A stretch of DNA of 64,000 bases, taken from the NCBI RefSeq assembly GCF_009914755.1, contig NC_060934.1; one strand, given 5' to 3'. The notes under the pieces are model-generated. The model did not search any database. It was not told where the DNA came from and saw only the letters and a program-made list of their open reading frames with translations. Each line of letters opens with the position of its first letter. Position 1 is the first letter of the stretch. The stretch comes from the human T2T-CHM13v2.0 reference genome, Homo sapiens. This document shows, piece by piece, positions 45,878-58,200 of the stretch. A program made the translations under genes and the position numbers.

Positions 45878-46609
45878 TTTTTTTTATTTTTATTTTATTA
45901 TTATTATACTTTAAGTTTTAGGGTACATGTGCACAATGTGTAGGTTAGTTACCTATGTATACATGGGCCATGCTGGTGTGCTGCACCCATTAACTCGTCA
46001 TTTAGCATAAGGTATATCTCCTAATGCTATCCCTTCCCCCTCCCCCCACCCCACAACAGTCCCCAGAGTGTGATGTTCCCCTTCCTGTGTCCATGTGTTC
46101 TCATTGTTCAATTCCCACCTATGAGTGAGAATATGCGGTGTTTGGGTTTTTTTTCTTGCGATAGTTTACTGAGAATGATGATTTCCAATTTCATCCATGT
46201 CCCTACAAAGGACATAAACTCATCATTTTTTATGGCTGCATAGTATTCCATGGTGTATATGTGCCACATTTTCTTAATCCAGTCTATCGTTGTTGGACAT
46301 TTGGGTTGGTTCCAAGTCTTTGCTATTGTGAATAGAGCTGCAATAAACATATGTGTGCATGTGTCTTTATAGCAGCATGATTTATAGTCCTTTGGGTATA
46401 TACCCAGTAATGGGATGGCTGGGTCAAATGGTATTTCTAGTTCTAGATCCCTGAGGAATCGCCACACTGACTTCCACAATGGTTGAACTAGTTTACAGTC
46501 CCACCAACAGTGTAAAAGTGTTCCTATTTCTCCACATCCTCTCCAGCACCTGTTGTTTCCTGACTTTTTAATGATTGCCATTCTAACTGGTGTGAGATGG
46601 TATCTCATT
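45878..46609 (-). mobile_element. 5'-truncated young L1PA (L1PA2/3-like): open ORF2 C-terminus and 3'UTR
   Basis: Uninterrupted '[25 protein letters not shown]...IFSLIGGN*'; 14-bp TSD tttgccctttttct at 45864-45877 and 46611-46624. Confidence 0.97.
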
Positions 46610-47639
46610 TTTTGCCCTTTTTCTATGAACAGGATCTGAACAACAGGAAAATACAAGTATGTGTTTATATGGACTCACATGTGTGCCTGTGTGTGCATGT
46701 GTGTATTTGCAGAAGTATAAGTGGAGATCTAGAAGTGTGAAATGGCATGGAGGTGCATGGAATGGGGCAGTCCTATTGGGACAGAGTAATTAAGAGAGAT
46801 ATGGGAGAAAATCTAGGAGTGACAGATGCTGACTGGATGCCCTTGTACACTTTATATTTCTTCCAGATAGATTTCCTGCCTGGAAGACCATTCCCCAGGT
46901 TAGCATTTCCTTTTCCTGCCTGATGCTCTTCAGGAACAGTTCCTGTGTTTTGCATCTTGAACATCCAGTCAGTGCTTAATCTAGCAATGCAATTTCCCCC
47001 ATTTGCAGAATAAAGAGGCACTCTTCATTGATTCTTCACTAGGTCCTCTCTCCTTTATCTTTCAGACTCTGGACCTTAAGACACAGGCCTCAGCACCTGC
47101 TGTTCCTGTGCCACTGTGCAAATAGGAAGCCTTCCAGGGCACCAGGCTGCCAATGTCCTGATGCAAAAGATGGAACTGGGATAAAGGTATATTTTAAATT
47201 AACAATGCCATTTAAGTGCTACAAAATCGTTTTAGAAATGGATTTTTAATTTCATAAGTAATGCATATTCATTGAAGAAAATTAGAAAATCCATTTGTGC
47301 AAAAAGATGAAATCTCACCAACCATACAGGGAACCCGTTGATAACCTCTTATTGCATAATCCCAAAGCTTTTTCCATTAAAGCGAACGTGTGTGTGTGTA
47401 TGCATGTGTTTTCATAACAAGCATATACAGTTTTATAATCTGCTTTTCTAAGGGATTGATTATTATGGCTTCGTATACTTCAATAATTTTACAGAAATGC
47501 AAGTTTCTCTATATTATACTTCCTTAACTTTTTATATAATAATTTAATGCATTGTTTACCAAACAAGTTACTATGGGTGGGTCAGGAGCAAGAAGAATCA
47601 ATTTTTTAAAATTATGTTTCTGACCGAAGGTCAGCCTAT

Positions 47640-47830
47640 TATGTACTGGCAGCTGTACATGCATCATTTCCTCTAATCCTTACATTAGGTTGATTTCATT
47701 ACTTTCATCATATAGATAAGGAAACCCAGGCTTAAGAGGTTAAATAACCCACCCAAGGTCATGTAGCTGAAAAGCAGCAGATCCACTCAGGTCTCTCTGA
47801 CATCAAAATCTAGCTCTTTCCAACTTGCCT
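47640..47830 (-). mobile_element. MIR
   Basis: 'agataaggaaacccaggctt...cccaaggtcatgtagct'. Confidence 0.75.
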
Positions 47831-47893
47831 ATCTATCAGTGAAATAGAATTTGACTTGGGGTGAGCAGGAAAAAGGGGTAACAATACTGATAA

Positions 47894-48220
<327 letters not shown>

Positions 48221-48360
48221 TGATAATGTGATTTAGATAGTAAAAGAACATGTCCACCATTATCATGAGGCCCATCTGTAGCATTTGGTGTGAATGTCGC
48301 GAATGAAGGCTCATACAGAAGGTCAATCCTAGGATTTAAGTCTCTACTGATTAGCCTACT

Positions 48361-48795
48361 TTTTAAAAAAATTCTTCAGCGAAGATAGCAGAAGAGATGA
48401 CTTATATAGATGTTACACTCAGCCACAACTGAGAGCAGAACTAGTCTAGAATATCACAGGTCCAGGGCAAAGGACCAACAGGAGTTGTTTTGGTGTGAGC
48501 AGGGTGGGTCTTACAGAAGTGGTCTTGGTGATCAGTTGGTGATGGAAGTTCTAGATCCATTGAGAGACAAGTTCCAGACAGTGGCACGCAGTCCAACAAC
48601 TTCTACCAGAATCCCCAGCCTCCGGCATTCCATGTTTCTGCTCCTGTGGCCTCCACGGTGCACATGCTAGCAGTTTACCTGGACCTCTGCCTCATCTTTC
48701 TTCTTTCACGCTTCAATCTGCGTATTCGCTTCTTCCTCCACATGGCTCTCAAGGAGCAAAGGTGTCTAAGAAGACGGTAATAAGGCTGAGAGCTG
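48361..48795 (-). pseudogene. RPL41: Processed pseudogene (retrocopy) of ribosomal protein eL41/RPL41; ancestral CDS at 48675-48752
   Basis: Translates as [25 protein letters not shown] versus RPL41 [25 protein letters not shown]; intronless; 3'UTR 'gcaccgtggaggccacaggagcagaaacatggaatgcc...gctgaagaatt' recognised; short A remnant; TSD agcctact at 48353-48360 and 48796-48803. Confidence 0.95.
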
Positions 48796-49829
48796 AGCCT
48801 ACTCAAGCAACCCAACCTGCAATAATATGCTTGTTGGAGCAAGGAGGAAACTGGGGAAACAGGCAGCCAAGCAGATTCATTAAAAGGCAGTACTATCTTT
48901 GCCTTCTTGGTACAGCAGGCAGATATTTTTAACTGGGGCTCTGCTGACTGAAGATGATTGGCAACAATGCCAGCCCTAAAGTGGACCTCAGGGAATGCCA
49001 AGCAAATACACTCAGGGCCTATTAAATTTATATTCTTCTTCGCAAAAGGGTCTCTTCTATTTTCTATAAAAATTCAGGGTAAAATAAGTGAATTTCCCTA
49101 TGGTCGCTATGGACATTGGCTGATCACATTCTGAAAGAGCAGGACAAACAATGATTCCACGTTAGGAATTCTTTTTTCTTCTGAGAATGAAACCAGAGAG
49201 TGAGTGTATGTGCTCACTTGCAGATTTTGGTATTTCTGCTATAATAGTTGGAGGATTAGCACTCTACAACTTTACCCTTTCCTTGAAAGATACACAGTTA
49301 TTTGCTAGAACTTCAGTTATTCATTTCCTTCAATGCTATAGTCATAATTCTAAACTAGTTTAATGCCTTTGAAGAAAATTAATTAGCTCTTGTGTTGATA
49401 CTTCTAAAGTGCTTTAATGCAGGTCTGGTTTGTACTCAGCCTTTAAAAGAATTTCCATGGCAGCCATTTAACAGATAACAGACTTTTCTGGAAATGCCCA
49501 GTGCTTTGTAGCATTTGAAAAGGAACATGTTTGATGGACATTTGTGCAATTAAAAATATAATTACTCACTGATAAAAGTGTACTATTAATTTAAAAAATT
49601 CCTTTAAAAATGAAAGGTATGTCTTATAATTCATCAGAAAATAATTCCATGGCCAATTTGTTTAATTATAAGGAGACTTTAAAGTATACAGCAGTACTCA
49701 GTAATCAGTGCCCAGAAAATCACAAATCCCCAGAGTGAAATTCATTTGCTCTTGGTAGTATATCCCTATGTTTGACAGATATTTTTATTCCAAATGTTCT
49801 CCATTCATTCTTAAATCAGATCTATCAAA

Positions 49830-50070
49830 ATCCTTGAGCACCTGCTGTTTGCCAGGTTAATTTGCCCATCATTGTTTTAAATAATCCTCAAACCCAATGC
49901 CACATAACAGGTAGTAGGAAAGTAGAAAAACATCCTTATTTTCCAGATGATAAAATTATACTTTGGGAAAATTAATTTACATGGCTAAAGTCATTCAGCT
50001 AATAAGGATCAGAACCAGAATTTGAACCCAGACCTTCAGCCTGTAGTGTCCAAATATACGCCCACTTTGT
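49830..50070 (-). mobile_element. MIR
   Basis: 'ttattttccagatga...ccagaatttgaacccagac'. Confidence 0.7.
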
Positions 50071-50184
50071 TAAGGGGCTGCTGTGAAAATGTGACCAGCT
50101 GCACAGCCACATACATGCCCATCCCTTCTTTTTGCCTCATCTCTATGCCAGGGCTTAAAGGAAAGTTCCCAGACCTACTGATTG

Positions 50185-50581
50185 GAATCCAAGTCCCTTC
50201 TGTGCTGCTGCAACAGAATACCTGAGACAGGGTAATTTATGATGAATAGAAATTTGTTTCTCAGAGTTCTAGAGCCTGGAAAGTCCAAGATCAAGACACC
50301 AGCATCTGGCGAGGGCCTTCTTGCTGTGTGATCCCACGGCAGAAGGTGAGAAAGTGAGAAGGTAAGAGAGAGACAAAAGGAGGCTGAATTTGTCCTTTTA
50401 TAAGGAATCCACTCCCATGATAATGAACCCACTCCCACCATAACATCATTAATCCATACATGAGGGCCAAATACTTATGGCCTAATCACCTCTTAAAGGT
50501 CCCACCTCTTAAGACTGTACAGTTACAGTGGCAATTAAATTTCACATGAGTTGGGAGGGGACAACCATTCAAATCATAGCA
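50185..50581 (-). mobile_element. MST-type (MSTB2/C/D) solo LTR
   Basis: 'acagaatacctgagacagggtaatttat...gaagtccaagatcaag...cattcaaatcatagca'. Confidence 0.85.
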
Positions 50582-50990
50582 GAATCCTTGCCTTGCACCC
50601 TGGGCATGTGTATTTTAAAAGCTTTTCAAGTCATTTTCATGTAGAAAGAGTTGAAAAACATACTTACAAATCTATGAATCCAATTCCTTTGGCCTCTGCT
50701 CATAAATCTCATTTTCTACAAACCATCTTCATTTTGTTGTTACTTCCTTTGGGATCCATTTCTCATACTTAGTGTGGAGTAGCCCTGTAAGAAACTACCA
50801 GCTCCGGGAGACAGAATGATAGAATTGTGGCTTGCTTCCTTTCTGTCAGACTTCCTCAATATCTTCTCACTTATTTGAAGTTTATGTGAAAAAGCCAGTG
50901 ACATTTTTCCTAAAGCTAAGAGGAGGCAGTAAGTGTAACTGTGGACTAAAAAAATATTGGTAATTGAAAGAACATGAAGAAAAGTCCCAA

Positions 50991-50994
<4 letters not shown>

Positions 50995-51022
<28 letters not shown>

Positions 51023-51246
51023 GAGACAGAGTCTCACTCTGTTGCCGAGGCTAGAGTGCAGTGGCACAATCTCCACTCACTGCAACCTCTGCCTCCCAGG
51101 TTGAAGCAATTCTCCTGCCTCAGCCTCCCAAGTAGCTGTGATTACAGGCATGTGCCACCATGCCCAGCTAATTTTAGTAGAGACTGGATTTCACCATGTT
51201 GGCCAAACTGGTCTCGAACTCCTGACCTCAGGTGATCTGGCTGCCT
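50995..51246 (-). mobile_element. AluS, 5'-truncated, long T tail
   Basis: Dimeric Alu; TSD core agactttt. Confidence 0.9.
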
Positions 51247-51544
51247 TGCCAGACTTTTATTCAAATCCTTGTGACATGACTTGGTTAAGCCAAAACCATA
51301 ATTTTGGTTTATCCTCTCAAACCTGTAAAGTAAGGATGATCATAGAAACCTCTTTGAGCTGTTAGGAGATCGTGTGTGGGTCTCAAATAAATCTGGGCCA
51401 GCTTCCTCCCATCCTGTATAGCCAGGGCGTCACACTCAGAGGAAACAGAAATCAATTCCAAAATACTTTGAAAAGTAATACGTATATATTAAGAAGTCTC
51501 TTTAAGTGGCAAACGGGACTTAGAAGGGGCAACACATGTGTGAT

Positions 51545-51700
51545 TAAGCCATGGACTTAAGAGCCAGATTGCCTAAGTTCAAATCCTGCTTTTCCCACTT
51601 ACTGTGTGTGTTCCCTTGAGCAGGTTACCAAGGTCATCTCTGTGCTTCTGTTTCTTCATCTGTAAAATGGAGGCAATGATAGTATTTACCCTGTAGGTCT
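51545..51700 (+). mobile_element. MIR
   Basis: 'gagccagattgcctaagttcaaatcctg...tttcttcatctgtaaaatgg'. Confidence 0.8.
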
Positions 51701-52608
51701 GGAAATGACAAGAGATGGAATGGCTAAGTTAGGACGAATGTTCCTCAGGCCTGCTGCATTGTTTCTTGGAGACCTATCTTGATTTTAGGTAGGCTAGAGC
51801 TTCAGAATTTAGATGCAAGACCTGTGTTTGTGCCCATTCTTCTTCCTACCACCGTGACCACCACCCTCACTTCTGCCCTAACATTCAGTCTCAATGGTCC
51901 TGAACCTGTGAGGACTCAGCTTCTCTTAAAGCCGAGGCCTAGAGGCTCAAGATTAAATATATTAATAGATATAAAGAACAGTGCTGGGACATAGTACTAA
52001 AAAGTGTTTGCTATGAAAATTATTATTGAAGTACCTAATACAGAGCAAAATATCCTTAAAACTCTTGACACAACCAAGTCCCTAAAGTCCCACGTTGGGT
52101 GGCAGGTGCCCCAACCTCTCATCTCTTTCTCTCCCTAACACTCCTGACTCCTTTGCTGATACCCTCTACCTGCCCTTCAGGTATCTTCTTCACATTTCCC
52201 ATCCCTGTAAGCTCAAGCTCTTTCATATATAATATAGTTTACCTGGTCTCTACTTCTCTTGTTTCTTTAGTAAGCAACCTTTTCTCCTATCAGCCTAACA
52301 GAAGTTATCAAGGGGTTGGGGAGGCAGAAGATTGTGGAATGTTTTTGTCTCAGACACATACATATATACATAATATAATTATGATGCTTTCACCTGGTGG
52401 GGACTCTGTAATATGAGTCTGCTTCTCACTTTAATGTCAATTACTGAACAAGGGCAAAGCGACCCATTTCAGATATTTATGGAAAGTCTGATACTACCAA
52501 TTCCTCCTCATTAACAGTGTATTAATTCACCTGCCCAATGACTCTGGTCTGAAACCAGGAACATAAGTTGATCCACGGGAGTGGGGCACATGTCATCTGA
52601 GACCTAGA

Positions 52609-52823
52609 GTTATGCTGTCCAACATGATAGCCACCAGCCACATGAGCCTATTTAAATTTAAATTAATTAAAATCAAATAATATTAAAACTTCATGTTCTT
52701 AGCTACACATGTTAAGTGCTCAATAGCCACATGCGACTGATACACTCCAGTCCATTGTCACTCCATTGGATAGCACAGACATGGAATATTCCCGATACAG
52801 CAGGTTGTTGTATTGGGCAGTGC
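52609..52823. mobile_element. MER3-like hAT-Charlie MITE
   Basis: 'tgctgtccaa...tagccaccagccacatg...gtgctcaatagccacatg...tattgggcagtgc'. Confidence 0.8.
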
Positions 52824-53685
52824 CAGTCTCCAGAGAGATCAACAGAGCTTGACTTGGGTATTCACAGAACCTCATTTCAGGCCTTCCTAGGCCTCTAGGC
52901 CATGCCTACAAAAAAGGCTGAGCCCCCAGAGGTTCAGGATCATTGGAACTGGAAGTTAGGGTGAAGGTGAGGATGGCAGTCAGGATGGTAGGAAGGAGTA
53001 TGGGGACAAACACAGGCCCTGCATGTACATTCTGCAAGCTCTAGTCTACTTAAGATCAAAATGGGTCTCCCAAGAAACAAGGCAATAGGCCTCAAAAAGA
53101 TTCATTCTGTCCTCAACCATTCCGCCTCTTCTAACTAAGCTGCTTGGGAAAGGAGCTCAGAGGTTATTTATTGCCTTTTAAATTGAAGTGGAAATTGGAA
53201 GTAATCATCCGGACATTTCAAAAAGAAAAATGCCTGAAATAAGTGAACAAGATTGATGCAAAAGAAAGTTTTCTGCCCTGAATTATCCGGACTGCTGCTT
53301 TGATTCCCATGTAGACACAGACTGAGAACTTGCTGCCCACCCTTGCTTGTGATTTCTTCACACTGTGAAGTGAGAACCATAAGCGGTGGGAGTGGCAAAG
53401 ACAGCAGGGAAGATGGGCTAGCAGACATGGGCCAGGCGGGTGGCAGAATATGGTGGAAGATCTCAGTATCAGTTGGTTCTTGAGAGATTCCCAAGACTGC
53501 TGCAACACTGACTGTCAAAGGCATTCTTTCCTCCGCAGGGCGTCCTGCCTGGAGGCCTTTCTCTGCCACTGTCCCTCAGAAGTTTCCACACACAGAGCTG
53601 ATGAGTGGGTACTTCTATCCTTTTCTTTGTATGGCATTTTTAAATTATTGTTTTAAAAAATGTTTAAATAAAACAAACTGAGGCA

Positions 53686-54127
53686 GAAGCTTCTGAACTC
53701 TCTTGCCTCACTTTCCCTCCTTTTTGTGCACCCTTTCCTACTGCTCCACAGAACCAAGACAGAAAGAGACAGACCCTGATGCTTATCCAATAAAAGCTTT
53801 TACTTGGGGAGGATCTGAGCTCATGCTTGATGGGCATGAGTGGCATCTCAGGGTGCTCACAAGTCAGGACAGCAGCTGTTCGAACTAGTCACGTGTCTGA
53901 GGAAGGGCCAGGAGGGTGCGTAGGCCCCAAAATCGCTGTGGAATGTGACTTTCCTCTCCAGGGAAGAACTATGGGGTACAAAGCAGGCCGGCAGCTTTGA
54001 GGGCACTTGGGCAGCTTAAGGAAGCTTCTGAAGTCTCCTGCCTCAGTTTCCCTTCTTTTTCTGCTCCCTTTTCCACCTGCTCCACAGAATCAAGACAGAA
54101 GGAGACAGACCTTGATGCTTATACAAT
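53686..54127. repeat. Dispersed direct repeat of about 106 bp (53686-53791 and 54021-54127)
   Basis: About 12 differences (about 88-89% identity); 229-bp spacer. Confidence 0.92.
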
Positions 54128-54433
54128 TTGTAAGGCCTTCATTAGAAAAAAAGCATTAAAAAAATGTGAAAACAAATCAGGTACAAAAGTGAATATTTAT
54201 TTAGACTTTCAAATTCCTGGAATCTTAGAAATTCAGAACCATTCCTCTGAGAATGGTTTTTAGGTGGTTTTCCAGAAATGAGTACATAGGAATGTTTCCT
54301 GATGGCGATGTAGCTTTTCTCTCCATCTAGAACATTCTACAGCTCCTTGCAGCAGCTATCATTCACAGAAGCTGTGCAAGTAAGGATTTCTGGAGGTGAA
54401 ACTTTATTAGCTTCACAGTGAATCCACCTCTGA
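54105..54433. mobile_element. MER115/Zaphod-like hAT-Tip100 remnant
   Basis: 'gcttatacaatttg...aggtacaaaagtgaatatttatttaga' and end 'attagcttcacagtgaatccacctctg'. Confidence 0.55.
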
Positions 54434-55709
54434 CCACAGATTGTAGGCCTGTGGGATGGAGTTGGAGGTTGACCCCAGGTTTTGTAGCCCTCCGTTTCTT
54501 CCTTTACAAATAAGAAAATGACGCCAGAAGAGTAGTTTCTCCCACTATCCCACAGCTTTAACACTGGGAACGAGAACCCAGGTCTCCTCTTCCCAGCCTG
54601 TGTTCTGGCCTCTAAACCACCGAGTTTGATAGGAGGTAGTATCAGAAAGAGGTCAGAGCTCCAAGCTTAGAGTCAAAAATCCCTAACCTGCCTTGTTAGC
54701 AGTGAGATCTTGGGCAAGTCCCACAGGTCCTCTGAACCTTAGCTCCTTATTAAAAATAGAGTATCCTCGGCCCCTTGTTGTTGTGTACATTAAGTGAAAT
54801 AATATATATGAAAATGTGTACAATGTAGTAGGTGTTTAATAAATATCAATTGCCTCATTGTCTCCAATGCCATCCCAAGAAGTATGCCTTTCTACCAGGA
54901 GAGTATGTGTTTAGGGAAAGAGAATGTGAAATTAAATGATAAAACTAAAATTTCTTAAATTTTTTTTGCAAGTCTAAATGAAAAGGAGCCACATATCCTT
55001 ATATCATCTTTGCAATTCAAACAACCTAGGTGTCGGTTCCTCAGAGTAAAAAATCGCTATAAAATTAGCTCTAACCACAAAGAAAATAAAGTACGAAAAT
55101 GATTTGCAATTAATATTTTCTGCATTCTTCTTATGATAGCTTCATGGCGACTTTCACATTTAAAAATATGAATTTAAACAAATATTTAAAACATAAGGTA
55201 TTGGTTCTATTTCCTGTTTTCCCTCATGCCAGAACAGATTTCATGCTGTCATATACACATTCAAGCAGAAAGCCATTTCGCTTTTTCCATTTGTTTTCAT
55301 TACTTTTTTTCTATATTTGTTCTTTGACACTGTTTGTATTGAAGCCAGGGTTTGCCTTCTTTTCACTTTATCTCTCCATGGCAACAGATAGATTGCAATG
55401 CCACACACAAAAATGCAGAATTACAACCTCCCTGACAGATCAGGCAGAAAGAACTGTGTACCGTATAACCAGTGATGGAAACAGGATAGTTAATGAAGAA
55501 GCCAAATCTTTCCTTTTCAGGCAGAAAATAAATCATAATTCCTTTTTGCATCTTTTCTTTTCTCCCTAGGAAAGACCCCTAGGAAAGACCCCTGGTAGGC
55601 ACTCAAGAATTATTTGTAGAATGAAGGACTGATTGGCTATTACCGCTTCCTTTTCTAAGTGCTTGCCAGTCATGTGCTTAATAAGCAATTTGAGAAATTG
55701 TAACTATAA

Positions 55710-55950
55710 TTGTTACTGTTTATTGAATGCTCTCCATCTACTGTGCACTGTACTAAGTGCTGTATATACATGAGTTCACTGCACCTTCACATCCCTATAA
55801 AATGGTCATTTTCATCTGTTTGCAGATGAAGAACCTGAGCCCAGAGAGGTTAAGTGATGTGCTCAGGGTCAGAGCTCACAGCTAGGAAGTGGAGGAACCC
55901 AATTTGCTCCTTTGCAGTATGTCTGGCACTAAGCTTGGGCTCCTAACCTG
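55710..55950 (-). mobile_element. MIR
   Basis: 'tttattgaatgc...cagatgaagaacctgagcccagagaggttaagtga'. Confidence 0.8.
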
Positions 55951-56276
55951 TCTGTTGGCACACTAGTCCAGAAATTGGCAGGGAGATCAATATCAGTTCT
56001 ATTGACCTGTTCTTTTCATAAGCTACCACTCCCATCTCTATGTTAAAAGGGAGTACATTTGTTCATCACTAATGTTTTCCCCATGTTTTCAGAGAGTTCT
56101 GACAGTGGTTGTCTATTACAGTCCAAATCTCCTTCAGTGTCTAGGACTTGTCTCAATCCAGAGAACTGAATTCATCTGAAGTAGCTACATGTCCTCTTTC
56201 TTTATAATGTCTGCTATAGTCCTTCCAGGATCAAGTCTAACTTCTTTGCTAAAGATTATTTTCTTTGACGATTAAT

Positions 56277-56366
56277 TCTCCTTAGAGATTATTAATGATT
56301 ATTAATCATCTCCTTAGAGATGATTAATACCTGTAAGTGATGTCAATCACTTACAGGTATTGACAT
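56277..56366. repeat. Cluster of overlapping perfect inverted repeats plus a short direct repeat
   Basis: Arms 56300-56312/56317-56329 (13 bp), 56326-56341/56346-56361 (16 bp), 56340-56347/56359-56366 (8 bp). Confidence 0.95.
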
Positions 56367-56549
56367 TGTTTGGGCTCATGATGTTGAATTCTGTGTAACA
56401 TTGATCAGGTTGTTACTGAGCTTCAGTTTTCCTCATCCGTAAAATAAGAACGTGGTCATATGGTATCAAACTCCTTGTAGTCTTCAGTGCTTAAGAAATG
56501 TTACTTCCCTATTTTATTCCTCTTTGGACAGCAAAAAAGAGATTAGGTT

Positions 56550-57420
56550 TATGCTTTAGATATGTCATCTTAAATATCACCTAAATAGGTTTTATCTGAC
56601 CACTCGCTCTAAGTAGAAACCCCTCCCTTGTTATTCCCTATCATCCACACACAATTTGTTTCCTTGATAGCAATTACCTGGAATTTGGGTATTTGTCTTG
56701 CTTATCATCTTTCTTCCTTCCTGGACCAAGCTCCAAGAGGATAGTAACAACATATATTTTATTCCCCCGCTGTATATTCACCTCACCATCTAGTAGTGAC
56801 TGGTGCATAGTATTTGCCCAATAAATACTTGTTGAATGGATTTTAAAAGTGAGTGAATGATTCTTCTTGCCTCCCCACTCATTCCTTATTAAAGTCAGTA
56901 TAATGTGCCACCGTTATCTTCAGTCACCAGGCTCACAACTCAGGTGCCATCTTTGATTTTTCTACAGTACTTACTCCAAAGTCCTGTTGATTATTTTATC
57001 TGCAACGTATTTCAGACCAGCTCTTTCTTTTCCAGTTGTGTAGCCTCTATTGAGTCTAGACACTTTTATGTGACCCCTAAATTATTGCAAGAGCCTCTTG
57101 AATACATTCTCTGTAAGATCTCTATCCCACCCAGTTCTCCTACAAATGCATTCAGGATTCTTTTGTTTAGGAATTTACAGCAGCTTTATGTTTCTTTAAG
57201 GATAGTTTTGAAATCCCTTCACTGTCATTGAAATAGCCCATTTTCTCATTCTTTTCAAAACCAGACCTAAACTAGAAAAATCCATAGGTCCCTGATATAG
57301 GGCTTACTCATTTCTCTCCCAAACTTTCTTTTATACTACTGTCCTCCCAACTGAAATCCCTTCTCCAATTCTTTCCGTCCAAACTTATCCTTTCCCTATA
57401 AACCCCTACTTTGAAATTCA
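56550..57420 (+). mobile_element. L2 fragments
   Basis: Tail 'tggtgcatagta...aataaatacttgttgaatg' at about 56800-56860, then a second L2 piece. Confidence 0.65.
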
Positions 57421-58019
57421 TTTTTCATGATTTGAGATGTAGCTTTTCTCTCAGCTCTATCATTAGCTAGTTTGGAATCACAGATAAGCCCTCAATTTCC
57501 ATCTGTTTAGGCAATTTACTGAAAATGCTTACATAGAAATGCTCCCCAAAGATCAAATGTCCTAGGATTCGTGGTGCTATTTTGTTAATTAAGGCCTTCC
57601 TTTTGCTTAGTGCCCAGAGAGCTTCACAACTTGTAATAAGGCACCAAAGTAAGATCTTAGGTGGGTGAGGAACATGTCTTTCTTTTGTAAAGTGGGAAAA
57701 TGACTACTGTGAACAGGAACCACTTCTTACGCAGACCTAATTTAATAAAACATAAAGTTTAATAATAATAATATGGAAGTTCAGGATCTAGAAATGGATC
57801 CTCTTCAAATATCTGTGCTCAAGTACCCTTTGAAAAATACTTCTACTCCTCTAGAGATACAAATGCTCCAGTTTGAAGATCACTGGACTAGAAGATAATT
57901 GAAGTTCTTTTTAATATAAAATTCCATATAATTCATATTCCATATAATTCACATTTAAGGCGCTATCTGGGCACCCTGTAAAGTGCAAGTTCTGGAACCA
58001 ATCTGCATGCAGATACCAG

Positions 58020-58200
58020 AGTATTCTACCAATTACTAGGGTGTGATCTTGGGTATGTTACTCATCCATTCCTTGGCTAAGTGGAAATAATAATAGTACC
58101 TGTCTTACAAGCATATTGTGAGGAATCAATGAGTTAATGCAGATAAAGCACTTAGAACAATGTCTGTCACATATGTTAAGTGTTTAGGAATTATTTGCTA
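58020..58200 (+). mobile_element. MIR
   Basis: 'gtgtgatcttggg...ataataatagtacct...taaagcacttagaacaatgtctg'. Confidence 0.8.

Noticed and set aside
46108-46656. 182-aa ORF
   Set aside because: L1 ORF2 C-terminus of a young 5'-truncated copy; it is open because it is young.
55144-55569. 141-aa ORF
   Set aside because: Phe-rich translation of AT-rich DNA with no recognisable domain or supporting gene structure.
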